From: Chiloscyllium plagiosum
Taxonomy: Eukaryota
Length of the DNA stretch: 55,784 bases
NCBI RefSeq assembly: GCF_004010195.1
Contig: NC_057719.1
Coordinates: 31,321,304-31,377,087 of the forward strand
Direction of reading: 5' to 3'
The first letter of the stretch is position 1. Every line of letters starts with the position of its first letter. The notes under the pieces are model-generated. The model was not told the origin of the DNA and ran no database searches. It was given only the letters and a program-made list of their open reading frames with translations. A program made the position numbers and the translations under genes. Below are positions 35,830 to 48,945 of the stretch, in pieces.

Positions 35830-38738
35830 AGATGACAAGAGCTATGGAGAGGACTTTAAACTAATTAGAGGGGGGAGTGTTGGGGGAGAGGTGGAAAGTA
35901 GACTTACATAGCAAGAGATTGCGGCAGACTTACAGGGTAGCAATTTGCATAATGGTACCCAGGAAGGGACTGAGTATATAAACATAGAGGAAAAGTAGTA
36001 AATATGGTGAAAGGGGGACATAACAGTAAAAATGTGTGTAGTATTCAAAACAATATGGATGAAATAACTGCACAAATTCAATTTAATACATGCGATCTTC
36101 TAGCCACTACTGTGATGTGGTTACAAGGAAATCAAAGCTGGGAACTAAATATTCGGGGGTAAGAGATTTTTCAAATGTCACACAGGAAGGAAAGAGTGGC
36201 AGAGTAGCATTGTTAGTATGGGTTGGGATAAATATGACAGCAAGAAATTACCTTGAATCGAACCATATAGAGTCAATATTAGCGGAGGTAAGAGAAAGGG
36301 AATGAAGACACCGGTAGGAGAAGTCCATAGACCCCTTAACAATAACTATGTGCTGGGACAGAGAATAAATCAAGAGATAATGAAGACATATGCCAAAGAC
36401 AGTACATTAATTATAGGTGTCTTTTTAATTTTCTTGGAATTGGGATAGTCAGATTGGCTAAGGAAGCCATGCGGAAGAATTCAAGGTGTGTATTTGGGAC
36501 AGTTTCCTCAATATTGTAGATTCAGTCAGGGATTTGACTATCTTGAATCTAGTGGTGTGTAATGAGGCAGTTTTAATACATGATGTCAGAGTAAAATATA
36601 CTCTTGACTCTGATCTCCAGCATCTGCAGTCCTCACTTTCTACTAGAATAAAATATCCCTTTGGAAACAATGACTATAACATGGTCAAATTTATCAATCA
36701 GTTTGACAGGGAAGAACTTGAGTCAGAAACAACAAGATCTGGTTTAAATAAGGGTATTACAATGTTAGAGCTCACTGGAACAAACTGGGAAAGGAGTCTA
36801 GCAGCAGAGACAATTGAGGAACAATGGTAGACTTGCAAGAAAATAGTTCATAGCTCACAGTGAAGACATTATTCCAGTGAAGAAGCATGGTTCTAGGAAA
36901 GGGATATACTAACCATGCTTAACTGGGGAAGTTAAAGATAGCATCAAACTGAAAGAAAAAACACATATAATGTGGCAAAGATTAGTGGTAAGCTGGAGGT
37001 TTGGGAAAATTGTAAAAACCAACAAAAGCTAACCAAAAAACAAAGAGAAGACGAAAATAAACTTTGAGGATAAACTTGAAAGGAATATCAAAATGCATAG
37101 TAAAAGCTACTTTACGTATATAAAAAGGAAGAGAGAAGTCAAGGCAAACATAGGTCGCTTTAGAGAATAAGGCTTGGGAAGCATTAATGAGGAGGCAGAA
37201 AATGGCAGAAAATACATCAGCCTTGACATTAGAAGACACTAATAGCATCCCAAAATTATTAAATATTCAAGGAGCAAAAGAAGAGGCAATAAGTACATTG
37301 ATAATTACTAGAGGAAAAAGTGTTTGAGGAAACTAACGGGCATAAAGACTAGTAAGTCCTGATGGGATGCAGCCAAGGATATTGAAGAAAGTAGTTACAG
37401 AGGTAATGGTTGCACTGGTAGTAAACCTCTTGGAATTCTTTGATTCCAGAAACATCCCAGAGGATTAGAAAGCTGCCAATGTAACACTTTTATTCAGAAA
37501 TAGAGGAGACAGAAGTTAGGAACTCTACAGGCAAGTAGCTTAATAGCTGTTATGGGGAAGTGTCAGAGTCTGGTATACAGGATACAATAACAGAGCATTT
37601 AGATATATACAATAAGATTAAACAGAGTCAGCTTAGCTTCATGAAGGGGAAGTCATGACTTACAAATTTACTACATTCTTTGAGAAAGTAACAAGCAAGG
37701 GGAAGCAATGGATGTAATTTGGATTTTCAGAAGGTATTTGATAAGGTGCCAAACATTAGGCTACTTCATGATATCACACGGTGATGGGAGTAGTATATTC
37801 ACATGGATAGAGGATTGGATAATTAATACAACACAAAGTTGGAATAAGAAGGGAATTTTCAGGGTGGCAATCTCAAATTCATGGAGTGCCACAGGGATCA
37901 GTGTGGGACCACAGTTATTTACATTATGTATTAAATTCTTGGATGCAGAAACTGAATGTACTATAACTTGTGGATGAGACAAAAATAGGCAAATGGTGCA
38001 AAAACTAGCAGATGGAATATAATATGGGGAAGTATGCACTTTGCCAGAAAGAATATTGGAACAGAATATTATTTAAATGGGGAAAGACTGCAGAAAGCTA
38101 TAGAAGAAAGCTTTGGGAGTCCTTGTCCAAAAATCACCAAAACAGCTTAGCATCTGAATTCGTCAGCTAATGGGGAAGGCAAGTGGAATATATAAGTAGG
38201 GATGTTTTCCTAAACCTACAAGGCACTGGTCAGCCCATAGCTAGAATACTATGAATAGTTTTGGGCCCCTTACAAGTAAAGGAAAAATTGGAGGAAGTCC
38301 AGTGAATGTTCCCTCAGCTGATAATGGTATGGAGGACTGTCTTATGAGAAGAGGTTGAGTAAATTGGGCCTGTACAAGATTCTTAGGAGACTTGACAGAG
38401 TAGATACAGAAAGATTGTTGCCCCTTATGGGAAAATCTAGGATAAGTGGGCATACTCTTCGGATAAGATGTGACACATCTTAAGACAGTTGAGGAGGAAT
38501 TAATTCTGTCAGAGGTTGTGAATCTGTGGAATTATTTACTAATAATTTACTAAGGATTTTTGAGGTTGAGTCATTAAGTATATTCATACAGAATAGACAG
38601 ATTTTTAATCTGTAAGGGAATCAAAAGTGATGAAAAAAGGCAGGAAAGTGGAGTTGAGTATTATCAGAACAACCATGATCTTGTTGAATGCTAAGACAGA
38701 CTCAGTGGGTTGAATGACCTTCTTCTCTTGTGGCCTAA
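35830..38738 (+). mobile_element. Old CR1-type LINE, long degenerate copy (endonuclease to 3' end)
   Basis: Decayed ORF2 motifs (ILNLVVCNE, GKS.LTNL, DFQKVFDKVP, SGVPQGSV.GPQLF). Confidence 0.75.
36597..36643 (+). mobile_element. Tail-only Penelope-like (family A) insertion
   Basis: GACTCTGATCTCCAGCATCTGCAGTCCTCACTTTCT flanked by AGA(G/A)TAAAATAT. Confidence 0.6.
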
Positions 38739-38739
38739 T

Positions 38740-39435
38740 GTGTGTGATGCACTTTAATAGGAGGAATTTTGAAAACAGTATAAAATAGAGGATGCAATTC
38801 TAAATGGAGTACAGGACCAGAGGACCCTGAGTGCATGTGTGCAGAGATCATTGCCTGGACTAGTAGGGAGAGCAGTTAATAAATTAGACAGTGTCCTCAG
38901 CTTTATTAATAGGGGCATAGAGTTGAATTTGTATAAGACACTTGTTATACCTTTACAGGTGTATTGTATGCAGTCGTGGGTGCTACATTATAGGAAATAT
39001 GTGAATGCATTGGAGAGAATGCAGAAGCAATCTACACAAATGGCTCCAGAAGTGACGCTAGTTTGAAGAAGTCAGGACTGTTCTGTTTGGAGAGAAGAAG
39101 TTTGAGAGGAGACTAATGGAGACTTTCAAAATCATGAGTGGGCTGGATGGAGTAGGTAGGGAGAAGCTGTTCCTGCTCATGACAAGAACAAGAAAGAGAA
39201 GGCATAGATTTCAAGTGATGTGCAAAAGAAGGCAAGGTGGTAAGAAGCTTTCACACAGTGAGCAGTTAAGGTATGGAATGCACTTCCTGGAACTATTGTG
39301 GAGGCAAGTAGGATTGAATGGATAGTCTGCACGGGTATGGGAAAAATGCAGGAGATTGGCACTAGATAATGGTGCTTGTTGGAAGGGACAACAGATGGAA
39401 TGCCCTCCTTCTGTACTGTAATAAATCTGTGATTG
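38740..39435 (+). mobile_element. CR1/L2-type LINE 3' fragment
   Basis: LSFINRGIE…LYKTLV…ALERMQK motifs. Confidence 0.7.
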
Positions 39436-39935
39436 TTGTGATTTTGAGCTCTTCAACCATCTTGTTTTTCACGTTAGCTTATTTCATTTGAACTGCATAA
39501 TGGCTAGTTCACATCTTTAATGTCAATGTCCCCATCAATAAATAATCTAAGTGCCTATGAGGTTGATTGCACTTTAGTTCATTATAAAACTGGAAAAGGG
39601 GCTCTTCCGATCAGCCTTTATATCAATATTACATGATGATAAAGTCCAATTTCACTGAACTAAATGTAAATGAAATTGTAGATGTTGTTAGTTAAAGTTT
39701 CCATAATAAATATTTAAATAAAATTATTGATACCTGTTACATTTATAAAGCAGAAGAATTTCTATCAAATGATTAAAACAGATCTTTATATTGTGCAAAA
39801 TATCAACAAAGGTGTTTAACTATTTTCACATTACGATCATAGATTTTATAATAGTTGATGCATTACATACAAAACATTCAACAATAAAAATTATGTATCT
39901 TTAAAAAAATGTATCAACAATAAAAATTGATTTAC

Positions 39936-40572
39936 CTTTAAAAAAGATGTAATTAATTAGCATTAGTTTGGTTGAACGGTCAATTGTGTCAAACATGTTT
40001 TTAATTTTCCCTTTTGTCATCTTTTTCACATAATCATTCAGCTGTAACCTGGCATTTTCAGGATCCAGATTGAAATCTAGAGAAAACACCTCAGCATTGT
40101 AAAACTTCTTGGACTCATTTAGAAAGCTTGGCAACACATCATAGCCTTTTTGAATATGAAGAGAGTTTCCCATTAATAGCTGAAGCTCATTTTGTTCTGC
40201 CATCAGGGACTGTAAGAGTTGCTTGTAGTCCCTGTTCATTTCAGCTATTCTTTCCTCTGTCATACTATCAAGGTGAAGTCCCTTGAAAAGCTGCTCACGT
40301 GTCACAGATCTGGTACCCAGAGACAATAAGGCTAAAGCGGTGGAAATACTCATAGGGGAGAAGAAAATATTGGAAGTAGTCTGGTTAGCAATTTCTTTGT
40401 AGAGCTGAAAAGCAAAATCAGTGTTTGCAGAAGAAATCATTGCCAAAGCAGATTCTTGCCCATGATTTTGAAGGTCTTCTGCATGGTTGACATGTTGTTT
40501 CTTCTTTGTTGCAGAAACGTCTGTTCCAGTGACAAGAGTAACGACTAATAGCAAAATTACAGGAGGGAGCAT
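39936..40572 (-). CDS. SERPINA1: Alpha-1-antitrypsin-like serpin, first coding exon (signal peptide; 416 aa in total)
   Basis: Acceptor at 40604, GCCATG at 40572; MLPPVILLLVVTLVTG…NTDFAFQLYK…NIFFSPMSISTALALLSLG…LINYIFFKG|gt. Intron phases 1,2,0 match the clade-A (V2) serpin pattern; the four exons sum to 1251 nt. Confidence 0.93.
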
Positions 40573-40829
40573 GGCTTCTATCAATTCTCTTGCTTTCAAG
40601 GCTCCTGTTTTCAATAGAAGAACAGTTAAATATTTCATAGTTTATTTCTTTTTCCATCTTCTTTATAAATTACTTTTTCTGAGGCAAACCCCACTCCCTA
40701 CATTCCCCATGCTGTAATTTACCATGTTGAAATATTGGGAAGTTATCTCTTCCCAGACTTCTGAAAATGAAATTTCAACTCTTCTATTGAGAAGAATTCA
40801 CCAACAAGAAGAATAATTGCATTTATATA

Positions 40830-41037
40830 AAGTTAAAAATCACACAACACCAGGTTATAGTCCAACTGGTTTAATTGGAAGCACACTAGCTTTCGGAGCG
40901 ACGCTCCTTCATCACCTGATGAAGGAGCGTCGCTCCGAAAGCTAGTGTGCTTCCAATTAAACCTGTTGGACTATAACCTGGTGTTTTGTGATTTTTAACT
41001 TTGTACACCCCAGTCCAACACCGGCATCTCCAAATCA
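40830..41037 (+). mobile_element. Penelope-like fold-back mini-element (family B), young, with TSD
   Basis: ~86 bp near-perfect inverted arms with 2-nt centre, 35-bp tail; perfect 12-bp TSD TGCATTTATATA at 40818-40829 and 41038-41049. Confidence 0.88.
40913..40947 (+). ncRNA. Minimal type-I hammerhead ribozyme motif (family B), intact
   Basis: cac-CTGATGA-A-GGAGC-GTC-GCTCC-GAAA-G-CTA-gtg: stem I cac/gtg, 5-bp stem II, palindromic AGCU stem III, CUA triplet. Confidence 0.72.
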
Positions 41038-43077
41038 TGCATTTATATAGAGCACTAATATAGCAAAACCTACTAAGTGTTTCACAGTGTTGTGAACAAG
41101 TATGACATGAGTCAAATAAGGGGAGATAAGGTCAGATGACCAAGTCATTGGTCAAATAAATAAGATTCTAGGGGTGTATGGGTGTTGATTTACTCATTAG
41201 ATCTCCAAATAGCTTAGAGTGCAATATTATGGGTAGGTGTACGTTTTACAAAACTCTTTCACATCAGTTTGGCTGCAGGCAGTACTTACTGGTATGATTT
41301 CAGTGGATGAAAAATTATGGACAGCATGCCCACTGTTATCTAACATATATTAGGTGAATATAACCATCTACTAGTGATGCAGGAACTTTCAACATTTACT
41401 GTAAAGCATTATTAGAAGATTGAGAAATTGGAATATCTGTCCACTACAGAATTCAATGGTCAGCAGTCATTTTGTGATTGAAAAAAACTCTAATTAGAGA
41501 GCTCTGCAAGGATTCAGAACTAATTTGAAATCACACATTAGGTAATCGTACATTCTTAAGATCATGAACATTATCAGTCGTTCCCAAAGATGTTGGCCGC
41601 ATCCATTTTAGAATTGTTTAAAAGTCCATTATCAATTTTTTCAACAATCATTATACATTTAAATCATTCTTTTCTATGTCACAATCATTCTCAGCTTCAG
41701 TCATGTACTGCTCTTCAAATTGTACTGCTATGCTGACACTGTTTTTACTTCAATAGGACATTCTTTTTGAACATGTCGATCTCTTGTGTTGCTGCCCTGC
41801 ACCCCCAACATTAGATTGCTTGTTGTATATATTTCCTACATTCAACTGTTAGAGGCCAACTTTTCAACAACTGTCTTTTGTAAGTCCATCTGATCTTGTT
41901 ATCTTGCTTCACTCGCAATGGACAAATAGTTGGGAAATTGCTGTGATGATAATATTAATAACAAACACCATAAACTCTACTCATGAGCGACTTTGTTCTT
42001 CAGTAACAAATTTACAACACAATTTACTGCACAAAATAAGCAGAGAACGTTGCATATAATGTCTTTTTGTCTGATATATTACTTGATTTTTAATAAGGTT
42101 CTGTGATCCATGAATATATTATGGATAATCTAAATTACATGCTTAAAAAGTCATTTCAGAGAAACTGTCAATCCCCTCCCACCAGTTTGATGGAGGCCGA
42201 TTCATGATAATTAGCTGTTCAACATTTTTATTGACGTTTTCCATGGAGCAACATAAAAATGACACTGATCATGTAATGTCGTAAGTCATTCACACCATAA
42301 TTTACAATGGTATCTATACCATAACAATGACAGACTATTGAAGTACTATTGCTAGTCTTAAGAAATGTTGACCTTTTTAAAAATAAGATGAAGCAACAGT
42401 TGAAGAAGCAAATGATAGAGGCTGTACACAATAGAACAGCAGAAAAAAATTAGTCAAATACGTTACTGGTTACTGTAGTTTTTACAACTCCACAACATTC
42501 CATTTTCTTCAACAGCATTCTTATCCTTAGCTACTAATTAGAGGTAGAGAGAGTAGAGATAAAAAAAGTTCAGGAACAAAGCTTTTCTTTGCAAAAATAG
42601 TGGGTCAGAATTTGCTGAAAAAGTAATAATGCATGAGCTACACACACCATTATTAAAGCTTTAAACAAACAGTTAAGTCTTTACGAATTGCAAATCGACT
42701 AAAGTTGTTGAGCAATTTGTGACGCTTGCCCTGGCTTTGCATAAACAGCACCTCCAATTTTATATCCGTGTGATTTTCCTGAAGTTGCTGCACTCGCATT
42801 CTAATTATCTATTTTAGCATACCACAAATAGTTAACTTTAATAACAGCATAAGTCCCCTGAAATATTGAAGCATTTGTTAAGGACAGGCAATTAAATTTT
42901 TTGAGCCAGAAAGTGAATCATTATAAATATGGAGTTGTGTTCCTTTTTAGTTCTGAATTATTTTGAGATGTTAGAATTGTTGAATTAAATTAACATTTTT
43001 TTCTTATTTGACATTGCTGCCTCCTCTTTCCTTTATGTTTAATGTTTCTTCTCTTCTCCTCAGTATTTACATTGTAA

Positions 43078-44872
43078 AAGGGCAATGTTAGTTGAGAATA
43101 TGGAGTTACAGGCTACAAGATTAGATGGGATTGAGGTTGAGAAAGAGGAGGTTTTAGCAACTTTGGAAGCTCTAAAAATAGATCCGATCCCCTGGCTGGA
43201 TGGGATTTATCCTTGGATTCTCTAGGAAGCCAGGGAGGAGATTGCAGAGCCTTTGTCTTCGATCTTTATGTTATCATTGTCGATAGGAGTAGTGCCAGAA
43301 GACTGGAGGAAAGCAAATGTTGTTCCCTTGTTTAAGAAGGGGAGACGGTACAACCCTGATAATTATAGGCCAGGGAACCTTACTTCACTTATTGGTAAGG
43401 TGTTGGAAAAGGTTATAAGAGATAGGATTTATAATCATCTGGAAAGGAATAATTTGATTAGGGATAGTCAACACGGTTTTGTGAAGGGTAGGTTGTGCCT
43501 CACTAACCTTAATGAATTCTTCAAGAAGGTGCCAAAACAAGTGGATGAAGGTAAAGCAGTTGATGTGGTGTATATGAACTTCAGTAAGGCATTTGATAAG
43601 GTTCCACATGGTAGGCTATTGCACAATACACAGAGTTTTTGGATTGAACATGGTTTAGTGGTTTGGATCAGAAATTGGCTAGCTGAAAGAAGCCAGAGGG
43701 TGGTGATTGATCGGAAATGTTTATCCTGGAGCTCAGTTACCAGGGGTGTGCCACAAGGATCTGCTTTGGGGCTCCTGCTGTTTATCATTTTTATAAATGA
43801 TTTTGTTGTGGGCATGGAATGACAGATTAGTAAGTTTGCGAATGACACTAAGGGAGGCAGGGTTGTGGATAGTGCTGAAGAATGTTGTGGGTTACAGAGG
43901 GACTTAGATAAGATGCAGAGCTGGGCTGAGAAGTGGCAAATGGAGTTTAATGTGGAGAAGTGTGAGGTAATTCACTTCAGAAGAAGTAACAGGAATGCAG
44001 AGTACTGGCTAATGGTAAAATTCTTGGCAGTGTAGATGAACAATGAGATCTCGGTGTCCAGGTGCATAAATTCCTGAAAGTTGCCACCCAGGTTGATAGG
44101 CTTGTTAAGAAGGCATATAGTGTGTTGGTGTTTATTGGTAGGGGGATTGATTTTCAGACCCATTAGGTCATGCTTCAGCTGTACAAGACACTGGTAAGGC
44201 TGCACCTGGAGTATTGCATACAGTTCTGGTCACTACATTGTAGGAAGGATGTGGAAGCTTTGGAAAGGGTTCAGAGGAGATTTACTAGGATATTGTCTGG
44301 TATGGAAAGAAGGTCTTATGAGGAAATGCTGAGGGAACGGAGGTTGTTTTCGTTGGAGAGAAGAAAGTTGAGAAGTGACTTAATCGAGACATATAAGATA
44401 ATCAAAGGGTTATATAGGGTAGGCAATGAAAGCCTTTTTCCTCGGATGGTGAAGGCTAACAGGAGGGAACATAGATTTAGGACCAATATTAGGGGTAGTT
44501 TCTTCACTCAGAGAGTAGTAGGGGCTTGGAACAGCCTGCTTGCAACAGTAGTAGACTCGCTGATGTGATATGCAGGTCAGGTGAATTGGCCATGTTAAAT
44601 TGCCCATAATGTTAGATACATTAGTCAGAGGGAAATGGGTCTGGGTGGGTTACTCTTCGGAGGGTCGGTGTGGACTGGTTGGGCTGAAGGGCCTGTTTCC
44701 ACACTGTAGAGAATCTAATCGAAAAAAAGGGCATTTAAATAGGCATTGGACATACATATGGATAATAATCAAATGGTGTAGGTTAGATGGACATCAGGTT
44801 ATTTTCACAGGTCGGCACAACATTGAGGGCCGAAGGGCCTGTACTGCGCTGTAATGGTCTATGTTTCTATGT
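43078..44872 (+). mobile_element. CR1-type LINE, 5'-truncated RT
   Basis: ORFs 43253-43822 and 44170-44568 carry CR1 RT motifs (VPEDWRKANVVPLFKKG, QHGF, GVPQGS). Confidence 0.92.
44563..44728 (+). mobile_element. HE1-like SINE 3' half nested in the CR1
   Basis: Matches 24675-24848. Confidence 0.8.
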
Positions 44873-44895
44873 TTGTCTTTCTTTTGAACCTAAAT

Positions 44896-45030
44896 TGATC
44901 TGAAGAAGAATCATACTGTACTCAAAACATTAATGCTCTCTGCACAGATTCTGGTTCACTTGCTCAGTTTCTCCAGCATTCTCTGGTTTTAGTTTGGATT
45001 TCCAGGACCTGCAATATTTTGCTTTTATTG
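44896..45030 (+). mobile_element. Old Penelope-like terminal repeat with decayed hammerhead (CTGAAGA core)
   Basis: CTGAAGAAG…AAAACATTA followed by …TTTCTCCAGCATT…GATTTCCAG.A.CTGCA; related to 54833-54930. Confidence 0.45.
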
Positions 45031-45765
45031 ACGTTAAATTCACCTATTCTAATTTACCCATATTTTTCTGTTATTTCCCAATTCCTTAAATATCTGTCTG
45101 TCATCTGTTATTTAACGATGTTATAACTACTTCATCGATCTCTTATGAGCTCACGATTTTCGCAACTCTGTGGGCGAAACTTTTAATACCTAAACATACA
45201 CAAAAAACTTTCCAAAAAAATCTGCCCACTATGTGGGATTCTGCGCTCCATGATCTAGGGAGTCTAGAATGTGATGGGCATGATTCTTCCAACAGTGCTT
45301 CCTGCGAGTACAAAACTCTCGACAAAAACAATTCTATCACCAAAAGAATTCATCATGAGCTATGAAAGGAAAATATAGGTCACAAAACTGTGAAGTTGAT
45401 GAACTGGCTCTTGAGTTCAAAAATTTAACTTCAAATCCCAATGGAAACTAAACTTGTTTGTCAAATTGCAAATCAGCAATTCTTTCACATTGATGAATTC
45501 AATTAAATTAACAACTTGGAGCACAGGACAACAGAGTCACTCCATTCTCCATTCTATGGAGATAGGACTGACTTAAGCTTTAGGGCTTCTTTATATTATT
45601 TCTGTTAATGACTGTTAACTAATACTTTATATGTGAACATTTCCTCTGGAATTTTCAGCATTCTTTAAATTAAACCCAGAGTTTAGTGAAAAAAATGTTA
45701 ATTTCATAGCGTTAGAAAAAAATGTTGTCTCATTCATAATTAGTGCAAATCTGGAGCTATCCAGT

Positions 45766-48580
45766 AGAACAAAGAACAAAGAACAGTACAGCATGCGAAT
45801 TGGCCCTTTGGCCTACCAAGGTTGTGCCAACACGTGATGCCTTCTTAACTGCTCCCCCCACCCCCGAAAAGCCTTTTGCCTCTATACTGTCCTTTTCCCT
45901 CTATTCCCTACCTCTTCATATATCTATCAAGGTGCCTCTTAAACATTGCTATTGTATCGACCTCCACTCCCTCTTCTGGCACTTACCACCTCTGTGTAAA
46001 ACCCTGCCTCTCTCATCTCCTTTGAACTTGCCTCTTTTTACCTTAAACGTAGTAATTGATATCTCTCCCCTCGGCAAAAGACTGATTATCCATTCTACCC
46101 AAGCGCCTCATATGTTTGTAAATGTCAATCGGGTCACCCCTTATCCTTTGATATCCAAGTGAAAAAAATCTGATTTTGTCCAATCTCTCCTCCTAGCTAA
46201 TATCCTCCAAACTAGGCAACATCCTTCTAAACTATTTCTGTACCCTCTCCGACTCCGTATTGTTCTGATAGTGTGGCAACCAGAACTGTACACAATATTC
46301 CAAATGTGGCCTAACCAAAGTTCAATAAAGTTGCAATATGACTTGCCAATCTTTATACCCTATGCCTTGACTGGTGAAGGCAAACATACTATATGTTTTC
46401 TTGATCACTTTATGCCTAGATCCCTCTGTATTTTAATGCTACTAAGAGTTCTGCTATTTACTGTACAATTCCGATCTGCATTATACCTTCCAAAATGCAT
46501 TGCCTTGTATTTATCCAGATTAAACTTCATATGCCATTTTTCCTTCCAAACTTTCAGCCTATCCATAACCTGCTGTATCCTGTGGCAATCCTCCTCACTA
46601 TCCGCAGCTCCCATGCACTTTGTGTCATCTGCAAATTTATTAATCAGGCCACCTACATTCTCCATGAAATCATTTATATCTATTACAAAGATCAGATGTC
46701 CCAGCACTGATTCTTGTGGAACACCACTGGCCACAGAATTCCAATCTGAAAAATACCCTTCCACTACTACTCTCTGCCGTCTGTGACTAAGCCAGCTCTA
46801 TATACATCTTACCAGCTCACTGCAGATCCTTTGTGTTTTCATCTTTTATATCAGCCCCTGTTATGAGGGACCTTGTCAAAAGTCTTGTTAAAATTCAATA
46901 GACAATAGACAATAGGTGTAGGAGTAGGCCATTCTGCCCTTCGAGCCTGCACCACCATTCATTATGATCTCCATAACTCTTGATTCCACTATCCTTGAGA
47001 GCTCAATCCAACTCTTTCTTAAACGAATCCAGAGACTGGGCCTCCACTGCCTTCTGGGGCAGAGCATTCTACCTGCCCACCACTCTCTGGGTGAAGAGGT
47101 TTCTCCTCATCTCTGTCCTAAATGGCCTACCCCATATTTTTAAGCTGTGTCCTCTGGTTCAGGATTCACCCATCAGCGGAAACATGTTTCCTGGCTCCCG
47201 AGTGTCCAATCCTTCTCAATCAGATACATCTCAATCAGATCCCCTCTCAGTCTTCTAAACTCAAGGGGATACAAGCCCAGTCACTCCAATCTTTCAACAT
47301 AAGATAGTCCTGCCATTCCAGGAATTGACCTCGTGAACCTACGCTGCACTCCCTCAATAGCCAGAATGTCTTTCCTCAAATTTGGAGACCAGAACTGCAC
47401 ACAATATTCCAGGTGCGGTCTCACCAGGGTCCTGTACAGCTGCAGAAGAACCTCTTTGCTTCTATGCTCAATCCCTCTTGTTATGAAGGCCAGCATGCTA
47501 TTAGCTTGCTTCACTACCTGCTGTACCTGCATGCTTGCCTTCATTGACTGGTGTACAAGAACACCCAGATTTCTTTGTACTGCCCCTTTACCTAACTTGA
47601 CTCTAAATTGGGTAGTAATCTGCCTTCCTGTTCTTGCCACCAAAGTGGATAACCATATATTTATCCAATTAAACTGCATCTGCCATGCATCTGTCCACTC
47701 ACCTAACCTGTCCAGGTCACCCTGTAATCTCCTAACATCCTTGTCACATTTCACCCTGCCACCCAGTTTTGTATCATCAGCAAATTTGCTAATGTTACTA
47801 TTAATACCATCTTCTATATCATTAATATAGAATTCATATAGACAACATCTACCACCTATTGACAATCATCTTTGTCACCTCCTCAAAAAACTTAATCAAG
47901 TTTGTGAGACATGACCTTTCCCTCACAAAGCTGTACTGCCTATTTCTATTAAGTCCATATTTCCTTGAATGTTAATCCTTTCCCTAAGAATCTTCTCCTA
48001 CCACTGACGTAAGGCCCACTGGCCTGTAATTTCCCAGATTATCCCTGTTGCCTTTCTTAAACAAAGTAAAAACGATGGCCATTCTACATTCCTCTGTCAC
48101 CTCTCTTGTGACTAAATAGTGTACAAGGACTTTGCACGAGGCCCCAGAATTTTCCTCATTTGCCTCCCTCAACATTCTGGGACAGGTCCTGGAGACTCTT
48201 CTACTTTAAATCTTTTCAAAACACTGAACACCACCACTTTTTTATGTCAACATACCCTAGAATATCAGCACCCACCATGTCATTCTCCTTTGTGAACACT
48301 GATGCAAAGTATTCATTAAGGACCTCACCCACGTTCTCTGACTCCAGGCATAAATTCCATCCTTTGTACTTGAGTGGATCTACTCTTTCTATAGCTACCC
48401 TCTTGCTCCTTACATACATTAAAATGTCTTGGAATTTTCCTTAATCCTGTTTGCCAAAGACATTTCATGGCCTCTTTTAACACTCCTAATTCCTTGTTTG
48501 AGTTCTTTCCTGCTATCTTTGTACTCTTCAAGAGCTCTGTCTTCAGTTTCGTAAACCTTAAATATGCCTGCTTTTTCTAA
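45766..48580 (-). mobile_element. CR1-type LINE with a younger CR1 nested at ~46900-47830
   Basis: INKFADDTK and ISKFADDTKLGG motifs; host RT sequence resumes after the insert. Confidence 0.88.
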
Positions 48581-48712
48581 TTGACTAAGGACATAAGACC
48601 TAACAACATTACACTCAATACACATAACAACACTCATTACAAAGCTGTTCATTAATTGTTTCCTGTCTTACTAAAATGCATCATAATATTCTGCAAAATG
48701 ATTTGTTGAACA

Positions 48713-48945
48713 ACTTACCAATTGTTTCAGGACCTACTTATTCACTGTTCTCTGCTCAAATCAATCCACAATTTGTGATATACTGTTCTCTTGTTTTCTG
48801 TTTGAAAATGTGATATGTTGAAATGCTGTTAGACAGACTTTGGTTTGACAGGGAGGGTACTTAATGTCAATAACCCTGTTGTTTGCTCGATACACAAGCA
48901 TCGTTTGCAAATATCTTTAATCTGTTACTCATTAATGATTAATCT
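48713..48945 (-). promoter_or_regulatory. Candidate liver-type promoter and non-coding exon 1 of the serpin
   Basis: TG|GTAAGT donor at 48719/48718; HNF4-like CCAAAGTCT (48835-48843), FOXA TGTTTGC (48880-48886), overlapping HNF1-like GTTACTCATTAAT/ATTAATGATTAAT (48924-48943). Confidence 0.4.

Noticed and set aside
39901..40638. 245-aa ORF start MKYLTVLLL as the serpin N-terminus
   Set aside because: It runs through a splice acceptor at 40604; the ATG at 40572 has good Kozak context and begins a signal peptide; the ORF tail after FFKG is intronic
41400..42450. Possible hAT-like DNA transposon remnant
   Set aside because: Only a vague motif resemblance; no TIRs, TSD or convincing translation
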